Part shown: positions 29,301 through 37,827 of the stretch, piece after piece
Layout of the letters: the number at the start of each line of letters is the position of its first letter
How positions within the stretch are numbered: the first letter of the stretch is position 1
DNA from: a virus
Taxonomy: Duplodnaviria > Caudoviricetes
Virus record (IMG/VR): IMGVR_UViG_3300029305_004897
Span: 4,046 to 68,045 of that record
Strand: one strand, 5' to 3'
Length of the DNA stretch: 64,000 nucleotides
Position numbers and translations under genes: made by a program
The notes under the pieces: model-generated
Told to the model about the DNA's origin: nothing
The model's input: the letters and a program-made list of their open reading frames with translations, nothing else
Databases searched by the model: none

Positions 29301-29864
29301 AAGGGAGAGTATCTGGAACTAAAAGGTATTACTGTTCGAAATCGTGATGGAGAGATTACTTTTCAGGTAGATAATAACGGGAATGTAACAGTAAACGGTG
29401 ATGTTACACTCTCCGGGGATACTACGTTTACATGGGAGGATATTGAAGAAGAAGCGGCGGCTGCGGCAGACAGTGCAGTGTCCGATCTTGCGAATGGTAA
29501 TTATTCCGGAGGAACATTTATCTCCGGGACAAAAATATATTCTCCTGAAATCTATTCTAATGATTTCACGGTTTATCCGAAAGATGAAACATCCAGCGGT
29601 GGATTTACCATATATGGATATTTTGACGGTTATTACAGAGATATGTTTTCTGTGTCGTACTATGATTCTGTTGGAGCTCCTGTGACAACGATGTCTACAT
29701 ATGGTATTTTGAATATGGATTCGTATATTCATTTTAATGAGGGTATTACTTTCAATGCTCCGGATGGTGAATATATTGAAGTGCGCGGAGCTGTTGATTT
29801 TTCTAATGCAGATGTGATTCTGCCGGATGGTATCGTTGGTGGCGGCGTTGCTAAATTTGGATGA
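26382..29864 (+). CDS. Tail-associated hub/spike protein (Tal-like)
   Basis: 1160 aa after Dit; N-terminal hub region, central coiled coil, GTFSGxLxAAxG repeats near the C-terminus; TTG start after AAGGAGG. Confidence 0.75.
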   Translation: MIQKFDYYRQSEKPDFILCNPDGTELCSLSVSSTNCILRYNDTSELTFIAEEGITDGYELIETHRQIFVEDLGYFLIDSVSEDLSDDEHHGTKTVNAKSAQYELSFRILDYLSGVYPFYDSTGNFDVDGNPTTFMGFVLSLAPQWSVSYIDSALEMRYRSLEITKQTLLDSLYSTASKAYSCIFTFDFLHRTIRADAVSTLTETETNRTDIYLSFDNIIEGMDVSESADGIVTRLGVYGQDLDIRQVNPLGTSYIINLDYYKTSDWMNQELIDAINAWEEKVDRFKETYSSLLEELRVRRASLTQMQSDLTTLEGEKAELDNVISAQIEQGLTNEEIRKRYAENVAALSEKNAEITEKKKDISNRQAEVDSTTAQLSSINEQCAMDANFTAEQLLELEGFLIDGEYSNNNYIVTDLMTAEDIQDEAEQLYLEGLVVAKKLAQPSFTLSVDSIAFLHLPEFLAFTNQLELGCMVTVEKTEDVYYTPILLEMEFSWDDKDEFALSFGNRFHLNDAGYTYEELLGTAAGTSSSVSANWDSIVDFNKNYKDMVSSLLNNAFNVALHNIISSSNQDIVWDASGFTCRKLNENGYYENEQFKIINNMIAFTDDGWNTLKTVVGKILLEDGSYKYGVAAEVLVGKLLAGNNLVITNEGGTFRIDENGVSFLVGSDDGTEELIRLEDFIRNEMESIQSLVDGMVHTYWQEEMPYEEYHNVTTGSQQYNTCLNYVGDLWYNPETRETRRYTLTEVDGGVSFTWEAFADTEIPDELWDQIDGKRTIYTSCPVNGFAKDDLWIYEGVGIVQESTSADYRAPYDDDGTYFEKNDLLIATADSDSYNPALWRKYNTNIDKENGSFEFHLNDEGMQLKNGEIRMETGKNTVLLDPTVGIKILKDSSQQFWADTDGNLHLAGILNAAGGTFAGELQAAKGTFSGDLVAVGGTFSGNLSAAGGTFSGIVQAEDFLDADGNSMLNSANQFKGEYLELKGITVRNRDGEITFQVDNNGNVTVNGDVTLSGDTTFTWEDIEEEAAAAADSAVSDLANGNYSGGTFISGTKIYSPEIYSNDFTVYPKDETSSGGFTIYGYFDGYYRDMFSVSYYDSVGAPVTTMSTYGILNMDSYIHFNEGITFNAPDGEYIEVRGAVDFSNADVILPDGIVGGGVAKFG

Positions 29865-29876
29865 TGAGGTGAGATT

Positions 29877-32228
29877 TTGGCTGACGTTATTATTACGAAA
29901 CTGGATGAATATTCTTCATCAACAAATATTGAGGTGTGTGTTGAAGCTCCTTCCGGGTATGGATATTATGAATTTCTTGTGGAAATTTATGATACGGACG
30001 GAGAGCTTTTAGATCAAAGATCCCTTAGCTCAACAAGTTGTGCCGAATATGTGGTGTTTTCAGATTTAACCCCTAATACTGCATATATCATAAAGGCAGG
30101 GGTAACTTGTAAATCAGATTCTTCTGCTAATTTTGGAGCTGTCTTTTATGGTGAACTTGCAACATCAACACTGCCCCATGCTACTGGTGGTAGTGACTAC
30201 ACGCCAGATTTAAGTTCTGTCACACCAATTCAAGACGATGAATCAACTACGACATCACAAGTTGGCATTAAGGTTGTCGGTTTGGATTCGTACTATGGCG
30301 GAACGTGGAAATTAGAAATTAGCGTTTTGTATGGTACATCAGGAAGCTCTGTTGTTACTAAAACGGAGTCTTTTTCTGGCGGAGTTTCAGAGTCACCAAC
30401 AATTGTTTTTGATGGACTTTCACAAGGCACTGCTTATGATGCATATGGATCTCTTCAGTACGTTGTTAGTGACGTAACATCGACATATTCAATTGACCCA
30501 TTTACAGTAACTACAGACGAGCCTGATGATAGTTATTATCCGGATTTAGATAAAATTGATTTTGTTGTAACTTCTCTTACGCAGACTTCTATTACTGTGC
30601 ATCTTACAGGCCTTGATACAAAATACAGTGCGTCGGAATGGATGATATCGTGGTATCTTTGGACACCGTCCGGAAGCAGAGTTGATTCAAATCTTGAGAA
30701 TTATGTATCTGCAGGAGCCAGTACGTCGGAACCCGTAGAATTTACCGGTCTTGATCAAAATACAGATTATGATCTGGAGGCTCGGATAACATACCGATAT
30801 GCTGGGGAAGATGAAACTGTTTCGAAATGGTTCCCCTTCAAAACGGGTACATCTGCGTCCTATGTTCCCGACATGGAAAATGAAGACCTTGAGGTTAAAG
30901 ATGTATCCGCTCCGACAGACACATCATTGAAGGTATATGTTGAGGGACTTGATGCTGCATATAGCGGAACATGGGAGTTTGAGTGGCAGGTATTTAAGTA
31001 TAATAGTGACGACGATTCATCTACATATATTAAATCGGTTACATCATCTGATAGCGGATCCAGGAATAAATCGTCATATATAACGATTACAGGACTTGAT
31101 GAAGGAACCACGTATGTGGTAGGCGTGTATGTGACCGCCACTGTGCAAGGCGTTTCTTACACATGGTATGCCGAAGGTATGTTTGGTACATCCGGCAATG
31201 TTTCGCCGGAAGACACATATGGCGGTGCGCAATATGCATTTCTTGTGTTGGAAGGCGCAGATGACGGAACGTGGATTTCTGCCCATGTTGCGGGACTTGA
31301 TACAAGTTACGCTAAAAATGATCGTGTGATTCATTGGTATGTGGACGGTGTTCTGCAGACAGATTCAACCCCTATATCACCTTATGTATCATCAACGCAA
31401 GATGATCCTTTTATTATTTGGACTACTCCAGGTGAGACATATACAGTTCAGGCAGTCGTTGTTTATGAAGTCGATGATTTAGCTTATGAATATCCGCTGC
31501 CGGAGCAACAGTTTACAACTGCTTCCACTGCAGATAAGTGGACGGTTTACGTACATGGGCCTTATACTAATCTTTCACGGGAGCAGAGCTTAAACATTGG
31601 TTTTAGTGCTGGATATGTAGCAAGAATTGGTTTTACCTGTGCGCACGATGGTACTGTTACGATTTATTCTGAGGGTTCTATTGATGTTATTGGATATCTA
31701 AGTGATTCTACAATATTTGATACATCTACTGGTGTGCCGGATAGTGTACTTGTACGAGACGATGATTCTGGCAGCGGAAACAACTTTTCACTGACATATG
31801 ATGTGACAGCAGGTATAAGGTACTATCTGTATTTCAGATGCTTTTACATTGACGAAACCGGCTCATCTGTTGTATATATAGTTCCGCCGTCTGCAGCTCA
31901 GAGACCGGATTATTTTGAATGGGATAACCCCAAGGTATCAGGCGGAGATTTTAACATTACCGCCTCTGAGTGGGGACGGCTTCTTGACAATATAAATGCA
32001 GTCAGAGAGTATAAAGGATTATCTGCGATATCCGATGGATCAACCGTTGGATATTTTTTATATCCAGTTACGGGAGATGATTTCTTGGCGCTGCATTACA
32101 ACCAGGCTCTGAACGGTATAACCGGTATTCTTGGCACTGGATACAATACCAACGCTGTGTATGTCGGAGATGATGTTACGGCGGCAAAAATCAATTTGCT
32201 GCGGGATATGATCAATGATATTGAATGA
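29877..32228 (+). CDS. Tail protein with tandem Fn3/Ig-like repeats
   Basis: 783 aa, acidic and Ser/Thr-rich; repeated I.V...GLD..Y...W...F.GL...T.Y units. Confidence 0.6.
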   Translation: MADVIITKLDEYSSSTNIEVCVEAPSGYGYYEFLVEIYDTDGELLDQRSLSSTSCAEYVVFSDLTPNTAYIIKAGVTCKSDSSANFGAVFYGELATSTLPHATGGSDYTPDLSSVTPIQDDESTTTSQVGIKVVGLDSYYGGTWKLEISVLYGTSGSSVVTKTESFSGGVSESPTIVFDGLSQGTAYDAYGSLQYVVSDVTSTYSIDPFTVTTDEPDDSYYPDLDKIDFVVTSLTQTSITVHLTGLDTKYSASEWMISWYLWTPSGSRVDSNLENYVSAGASTSEPVEFTGLDQNTDYDLEARITYRYAGEDETVSKWFPFKTGTSASYVPDMENEDLEVKDVSAPTDTSLKVYVEGLDAAYSGTWEFEWQVFKYNSDDDSSTYIKSVTSSDSGSRNKSSYITITGLDEGTTYVVGVYVTATVQGVSYTWYAEGMFGTSGNVSPEDTYGGAQYAFLVLEGADDGTWISAHVAGLDTSYAKNDRVIHWYVDGVLQTDSTPISPYVSSTQDDPFIIWTTPGETYTVQAVVVYEVDDLAYEYPLPEQQFTTASTADKWTVYVHGPYTNLSREQSLNIGFSAGYVARIGFTCAHDGTVTIYSEGSIDVIGYLSDSTIFDTSTGVPDSVLVRDDDSGSGNNFSLTYDVTAGIRYYLYFRCFYIDETGSSVVYIVPPSAAQRPDYFEWDNPKVSGGDFNITASEWGRLLDNINAVREYKGLSAISDGSTVGYFLYPVTGDDFLALHYNQALNGITGILGTGYNTNAVYVGDDVTAAKINLLRDMINDIE

Positions 32229-32240
32229 AAGGATTATTAT

Positions 32241-32429
32241 ATGAAGAAGGAAATTGTAGCCAAACTTTTGGCTGTAAGACGGGCTCTCGGCAATGTTTAT
32301 GTGAGTGAGGAACAAAACTGTCTGAATCTCGGCGGGGCTATGCAAATGCTTCGGGAAACGATTGCGTTGCTTGAACGCTGTGATGTTGCAATCTGTGCCG
32401 AGGACTCTGATAAATCAGAAGGGAGTTGA
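32241..32429 (+). CDS. Small hypothetical protein
   Basis: 62 aa with GAAAGGA RBS. Confidence 0.5.
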   Translation: MKKEIVAKLLAVRRALGNVYVSEEQNCLNLGGAMQMLRETIALLERCDVAICAEDSDKSEGS

Positions 32430-32433
32430 TTCT

Positions 32434-32775
32434 TTGGGAGCATTCGAAGAAATTCATTGTCTTGAAGATTTTGGTATGATTGCAGGGGGCTATAAAGTCA
32501 TCTATATAGATTGTACAGATAATGTGGGCAACCCTATTGATCTGACTGACGCATCGTCTTTTGGATGTCGATTTTATTATTACGGTACAACCGATCTCGT
32601 TTTTTCGATTTCCGGAACTGTTTCGGCTCAGCGTTCTTATCGAATGAAGATCGAACTTTCTTCGGAAATTACACAGGATATCGGGGAATGCTGTTTAGAA
32701 TATGTCCCCTATGTTGTTTTTGGAAATGAGGTTATCAAATACGGAAAAGGTCGAATTGTGATTGAGGAGGAATGA
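32434..32775 (+). CDS. Hypothetical baseplate/adaptor-like protein
   Basis: Start moved to TTG 32434 after AAGGGAG; beta-rich. Confidence 0.4.
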   Translation: MGAFEEIHCLEDFGMIAGGYKVIYIDCTDNVGNPIDLTDASSFGCRFYYYGTTDLVFSISGTVSAQRSYRMKIELSSEITQDIGECCLEYVPYVVFGNEVIKYGKGRIVIEEE

Positions 32776-32776
32776 T

Positions 32777-32992
32777 ATGAACAACCCAATTCATAGGGAC
32801 CTGTGCATGAGAGTAAAGTTGGACAATGTGTATCTTTCTGCTCATAGCAGCGATGTTTATGCTCTTGTCATTCCGGATGTACCCATGCAAAAAAGTATTC
32901 TGGATAACTGTAAAATAGGAGCACTTGATAATGTTCCGATTTCCGAAATTGACGATTTACGGTTTTACGATATTTACAGAGGTGAAACATGA
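32777..32992 (+). CDS. Small hypothetical protein
   Basis: ATG 32777 after GAGGAGG. Confidence 0.4.
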   Translation: MNNPIHRDLCMRVKLDNVYLSAHSSDVYALVIPDVPMQKSILDNCKIGALDNVPISEIDDLRFYDIYRGET

Positions 32993-34098
32993 GCAATACA
33001 CCATATTATAGTTTTCAGCTTGTGCCCTCTGTCACAGATATGACGGTTAGGGAATTCCGTGAAGCCGTAGTTGGCGAAAACGGGAATTTTGCAAAGCTGG
33101 ATGAATTTCTGGCGGCATCTGACATTATTTCTTGTGTTACAGAAGAAGTAGTCGGTGGTTATCAGAAATTTGTTTTTACAAAAAAGAACGGAACGGTGAT
33201 GGAAGTACAACTTCCATCTGACTCCACGAAAGCGGATGTTGCTGCTGTTCCTAATGCTGCTTCTATATCCGGAAATGTTCTGCAGATGATTCGAGAAGAT
33301 GTTGACGAAGATGGTTCTGTAACCAAAGAGGTTTTGTTCTCGGTTGTATTGCCAACTGGTTCTGAATCTGGCGATCCTGTTCCAGGTTTTTCTCCGGTTG
33401 CAGTTGTTGAACAAACAGAATCCGGCGCTGTGATTACCATTACAGATATCAATGGTACAACCACAGCAAACATTACAAGTGGAAAAGATGGTTCTGATGG
33501 TGTCAGTCCTACTGCGAAAGTTGAACAGACATCCACCGGGGCAGTTATTACTATCACTGATGCATCTGGAACGACTACTGCAGTTATTACAAATGGTAAG
33601 GATGGAGCGGACACCGGTAGTGAAGGCTCCGCTTCTGACGGATTCAGCCCCATTGCGGTCGTTGAAAACGTCGAGAATGGTGTCCTCATAACCATTACAG
33701 ATGCCAATGGGACAACATCTGCCGTTGTAACAAACGGTAAGGACGGAACGGATGGCGATGACGGCATGAGTCCTTCTGCCAAAATTGAAGCGACGGAAGA
33801 TGGTGCAGTTGTAACAATTTCGGATGTCGATGGTACGACAACAGCTGTTTTAAAAAATGGGAAAGACGGAACCAATGGAAATGATGGAGTTAGTCCTACT
33901 GTATCATTTGAAGAGACAGAGACTGGAACAATAATGACCGTTTCAGATGAAAATGGCACTACTGCCATTACAATATTAAACGGAGAAGATGGTCATACGC
34001 CGGAAAAAGGCGTAGATTATTTCACAGAAGAAGACAAGCTTTCACTTGTAGAGGCTGTACTTGATTCTCTGGAATCTGCAGAGGAGGTTGGTTTCTAA
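32989..34098 (+). CDS. Fibre-like protein with interrupted collagen-like repeats
   Basis: Four roughly 34-38 aa units SP.A.VE....GAVITITD..GTTTA...NGKDG.DG, plus a partial fifth, ending TPEKGVDYFT. Confidence 0.7.
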   Translation: MSNTPYYSFQLVPSVTDMTVREFREAVVGENGNFAKLDEFLAASDIISCVTEEVVGGYQKFVFTKKNGTVMEVQLPSDSTKADVAAVPNAASISGNVLQMIREDVDEDGSVTKEVLFSVVLPTGSESGDPVPGFSPVAVVEQTESGAVITITDINGTTTANITSGKDGSDGVSPTAKVEQTSTGAVITITDASGTTTAVITNGKDGADTGSEGSASDGFSPIAVVENVENGVLITITDANGTTSAVVTNGKDGTDGDDGMSPSAKIEATEDGAVVTISDVDGTTTAVLKNGKDGTNGNDGVSPTVSFEETETGTIMTVSDENGTTAITILNGEDGHTPEKGVDYFTEEDKLSLVEAVLDSLESAEEVGF

Positions 34099-35492
34099 TG
34101 GCAGAACGCTATGTTATTCGTGGCAGTACGCTCACAGAAATTGCTGACAAGCTCAGATCTTTGCAGAACGGAGAGGAAACTTTGACTCCGTCAGCTATGT
34201 CTACAGTATTGGACGATCTCAATGAAGCGGTAACGGAGCAAGAGTCTGTTATTGAAGATATTATTGAGGCTCTTCAGGGTAAAAGTATAGACTATGATTC
34301 GTCCGGCGTTACAGCATTGCCGGAAGACGTATCGGAATCTGTCATGTTTATGGATGCAAACGGTGTTTTATGCCCCGGTACCATGCCGGAGATTCTCGAT
34401 GAGGATGTTGTTCTGGATACCAACAATACTTCTTTCGAAATCGAACCGGGTCGGCATACAGGTGGGACGGTTCAGATTGTTTCAGAAACAGAAAATAACC
34501 GATTTACGCCCTCCTCAACAGAACAAACGATAAATGCGCCGTCCGGTAAGGTTTTCACGAAAATTATACTGGATCCAATTCCGGATATTTATGTTGACTA
34601 TACAGGAGCTACAGCAGAGGACAGTCATGTGCTTTCCGGGATAAAGTATATCGGTAAATCCGGGAATCTTGAATCTGGTGCAATCGCCACTGTGTCCGGC
34701 AAACAAGGGAGTACAATCACTTCCAATGGTACGAAGTATATAAATAAAGGGTATCATGACGGATCGTCCTATATGACTGTTAATGTGTCGCAGACTATTA
34801 ACAGTGGAGAGGACAGCAGTGCATGTACGGCTACGGCTGCAGATGTCAGGATAAACAAAACATTCAGAGCTGGTGGTACTCAGAAAACCGGTACTATGCC
34901 GGATATTACACTGCCGTCTTTGGAGGTATCCTATGATACAACATCTTCTGACACAGACGTTACCATCAAGGCTACTCTGCCAGCTACATCTGCAGGATAT
35001 CTTGCGGAGCGGAGCATATCCCAAAACATGAAACTTATTCCGAAATACACCGGTTCCTATTCCGTGACACCCGGCAGTTCTGCGCAGACGCTGCAGACAT
35101 CCGGGAAATACATGACCGAGAATATAACGGTAAGTGCTGTACCGGCTGCGGAAGTTACATCGGGATATGGTGAGAAAATCATTACCAGTCAGACAAAGAC
35201 ATTTACAATTACGGGTGTCACCAAACAGCCGAATATGATATCGCTTTGCCTCAATGCAGATTACGGTGGAAGTTATTATCAGATACATGATTTTTTCTAT
35301 AATATGAATAGCGCTACATATACAATGACATGGGAAGACGAGGTACAGAAAGACGATAGTATATCTGTTGTTGTTCTGAAAAGCGAACACGCAGGAAGTA
35401 ATGCGTCTGTTACATATGCCAACAACACGATAACCATTACACTGAATTCCGCTCAGTTTTTTCAAGGAACTTACAGATGGATGTGGGCGTAA
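34098..35492 (+). CDS. Tail fibre-like protein
   Basis: 464 aa, Thr/Ser-rich; TATAADVRINKTF and YTGSYSVTP...QTLQTSGKYMTENITV motifs. Confidence 0.55.
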   Translation: MAERYVIRGSTLTEIADKLRSLQNGEETLTPSAMSTVLDDLNEAVTEQESVIEDIIEALQGKSIDYDSSGVTALPEDVSESVMFMDANGVLCPGTMPEILDEDVVLDTNNTSFEIEPGRHTGGTVQIVSETENNRFTPSSTEQTINAPSGKVFTKIILDPIPDIYVDYTGATAEDSHVLSGIKYIGKSGNLESGAIATVSGKQGSTITSNGTKYINKGYHDGSSYMTVNVSQTINSGEDSSACTATAADVRINKTFRAGGTQKTGTMPDITLPSLEVSYDTTSSDTDVTIKATLPATSAGYLAERSISQNMKLIPKYTGSYSVTPGSSAQTLQTSGKYMTENITVSAVPAAEVTSGYGEKIITSQTKTFTITGVTKQPNMISLCLNADYGGSYYQIHDFFYNMNSATYTMTWEDEVQKDDSISVVVLKSEHAGSNASVTYANNTITITLNSAQFFQGTYRWMWA

Positions 35493-35555
35493 TACGTCAT
35501 GTGCATGACTGGTTTATCTGCGTATATAATTGCACATAAAAAATAAGGAGATTGT

Positions 35556-35888
35556 ATGCCTAACAAAATTGAAGACAACAACACTTCTTTATATGAGATT
35601 TTAAGAACAATTCAGGAGCTTCCCGAAGGTGATTCTGCTGTTATTACTGCTGCTGTGGAAGAAACGGATTCCGGTGCTGTTATTTCAGTGACGGATGCCA
35701 ATGGAACAACGACAGCAACTTTGTCGAATGGTAAAGACGGAGTTACACCAGAAAAAGGTGTCGATTATTTTACCAGTGCAGACAAGCAGGAACTTGTCGA
35801 TGCTGTTATTGCATCGTTTGCTACTGAAAGCTGGACGTTTGTTCTTGAAGATGGCTCTGAGGTTGTTAAGGAAGTGTTTGTAAAATGA
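35556..35888 (+). CDS. Short paralogue of the collagen-like fibre C-terminus
   Basis: GAVISVTDANGTTTATLSNGKDGVTPEKGVDYFT closely matches the 32989 protein. Confidence 0.6.
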   Translation: MPNKIEDNNTSLYEILRTIQELPEGDSAVITAAVEETDSGAVISVTDANGTTTATLSNGKDGVTPEKGVDYFTSADKQELVDAVIASFATESWTFVLEDGSEVVKEVFVK

Positions 35889-36985
35889 GTATTGATTTTT
35901 CTGGGATCACATCTTTGACTATCCCGGAGGGGGTAGTGACAAAAATAATTCGGAATGCAGATAATGCGGTGATCTGGGAACAACCTTCGTCCTATCCTTC
36001 GCTTGGACGGTTGGAAGTCGGCGCTTCCGTTTATATGAATGTAAATAAAGAGCCGAAAGAATTTCTTGTTGTACATCAGGGGTTGCCGTCATCTGCTTAT
36101 GATCAGTCTTGTAACGGAACCTGGCTGTTATCAAAAGAATGTTTGGGGCGGCATTTGATTAGCGGTTATAATAATGACTATGCCGACACAGATTTACACA
36201 GATATCTAAACAATATCAGCGATTTTTTGGGGTTTTTTGACAATGCGATACAAAATATTATCAAAGAAGTGAAAGTTCCGTATACTGCTGGTACCGGCAA
36301 GACCGGTTCAGTTGCAGATGGCTCCGCAGGACTTTCTACAAAGATATTTCTGCCCTCTATGACCGAGCTTGGGTTTTCTATAACGGGAAGCAATCAGAAT
36401 AACGTAGAAGGCGCTGTGCTTGACTATTTCAATGGCTGTTCTGCAACAGGAAAAGATAGTAAGCGGGTTGCTTATTATAATGGATCAGAAAATGCTTATA
36501 CGTGGGTCAGCCGCTCTCCTATCGTTGACAGCGATATTTATCTTTTTAGTATTGAAAGTACAGGATCGTATTATATAGCTCATTATACAGAGAGCGTTTA
36601 TTTCCGGCCAGCATTGATATTACCGAGTGAAACAATTATTGATGGAACCAATATTTGGGAAGGATCGGCTGTACAAACTTGTACTGTAACGATTCAATAT
36701 AAACCAATGTATGGCGGCGATATGACAATTGAGTATCAGTCTATTGCTGGAGAAACGAGTTACGTTTGGGATGTTTCAAGTGGCGATTCTACCGAGCAGA
36801 CATATATTATCGAATGCGTTGCCGGTTCAAATGTTAATTTGAGTTATAAGCATTTCGATGGGTATGACCCTGTAGTAACGGGTAGTGCTGAACTTGCAAC
36901 AAGTGAAAATACTGGTTCTTCGTACAAACATACTGTATATGTAACGGGCGATTGTACTATTTCCTGCGAAGGTATGTTTGTATAA
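35885..36985 (+). CDS. DUF6273-like (C-type lectin-like) domain protein
   Basis: LEVGASV...EFLVVHQG...TWLLSKE...NDY..TDLHRYLN...KIFLPS..ELG...W.SRSP...FRPALIL pattern. Confidence 0.65.
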   Translation: MSIDFSGITSLTIPEGVVTKIIRNADNAVIWEQPSSYPSLGRLEVGASVYMNVNKEPKEFLVVHQGLPSSAYDQSCNGTWLLSKECLGRHLISGYNNDYADTDLHRYLNNISDFLGFFDNAIQNIIKEVKVPYTAGTGKTGSVADGSAGLSTKIFLPSMTELGFSITGSNQNNVEGAVLDYFNGCSATGKDSKRVAYYNGSENAYTWVSRSPIVDSDIYLFSIESTGSYYIAHYTESVYFRPALILPSETIIDGTNIWEGSAVQTCTVTIQYKPMYGGDMTIEYQSIAGETSYVWDVSSGDSTEQTYIIECVAGSNVNLSYKHFDGYDPVVTGSAELATSENTGSSYKHTVYVTGDCTISCEGMFV

Positions 36986-37050
36986 ATTCAGAATTATTTC
37001 ATCATTTAATACAATTAACATAAGTATTATGAAAGGAGGGATGAGCGGAA

Positions 37051-37788
37051 ATGTACGTGATTTTAATCAACGATGACAATACGCTTATCGCAACGGAACG
37101 GCAGCGGCTTGTACAGCGCAGCAAGTTATTTGACACATTTTGGTTTCTTGTACACCCGGAATACAATGGTTATGATATGAGTGTATGTACGGTTCTTTTG
37201 GAGTATGTTCTGCCAGTCAGCCGGGAATACAGAAGTGAAACGCTCCAATTATCTCCGGAACGGTATGAAGGCTACTTAAAATATCTGCTCCCTGTAGATA
37301 CGAAATTCACAAAAGAAGCAGGCGAACTTGAAGTCAAGCTGACCTTTATTTATCTGGACATTGATGCTGACGGCAAGCCTGTGCAGAGAGTCAGAAAAAC
37401 AGAACCCGCTTTACCTGTTACGATTGTGCCGATCAGCGCATGGAGCAACATTATTCCGGATGAAGCTCTCACCGTTATTGACCAGCGGCTCATCAAAACA
37501 GATGCACAGATTAAGGCGCTTGAAGAAATGAGTATTCTCATGGATGCTCTGAAAGCAGATGATCTGGATTATGACAAACAGACCGGTGAACTTCAGCTTA
37601 CAGCGGACGGCGATCCGATTGGGCAGAAAGTTGTTCTTACCGGGGAAAACGCGATCCGGGACGGCGTTCCTGCTGTGGAATTCGGTGAAAACGATGAACC
37701 ATCCGAAGATGAGAATGGTGAGATCGATAATGTCGTAGACTTCGAAAAGAAGAAGCCTACTGAAACCAACAATGTAGTTACGTTCTAA
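37051..37788 (+). CDS. BppU-like baseplate/adaptor protein
   Basis: 245 aa beta-sandwich-like N-terminus (LEYVLP...KYLLPVDTKFTKEAGELEVKLTF). Confidence 0.45.
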   Translation: MYVILINDDNTLIATERQRLVQRSKLFDTFWFLVHPEYNGYDMSVCTVLLEYVLPVSREYRSETLQLSPERYEGYLKYLLPVDTKFTKEAGELEVKLTFIYLDIDADGKPVQRVRKTEPALPVTIVPISAWSNIIPDEALTVIDQRLIKTDAQIKALEEMSILMDALKADDLDYDKQTGELQLTADGDPIGQKVVLTGENAIRDGVPAVEFGENDEPSEDENGEIDNVVDFEKKKPTETNNVVTF

Positions 37789-37791
37789 TAC

Positions 37792-37813
37792 AAGAGGGGC
37801 TGCCCTCTTTTTT
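37792..37813 (+). terminator. Rho-independent terminator
   Basis: AAGAGGG/CCCTCTT stem plus T-run. Confidence 0.6.
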
Positions 37814-37827
37814 ATACGGAGGAAAAA

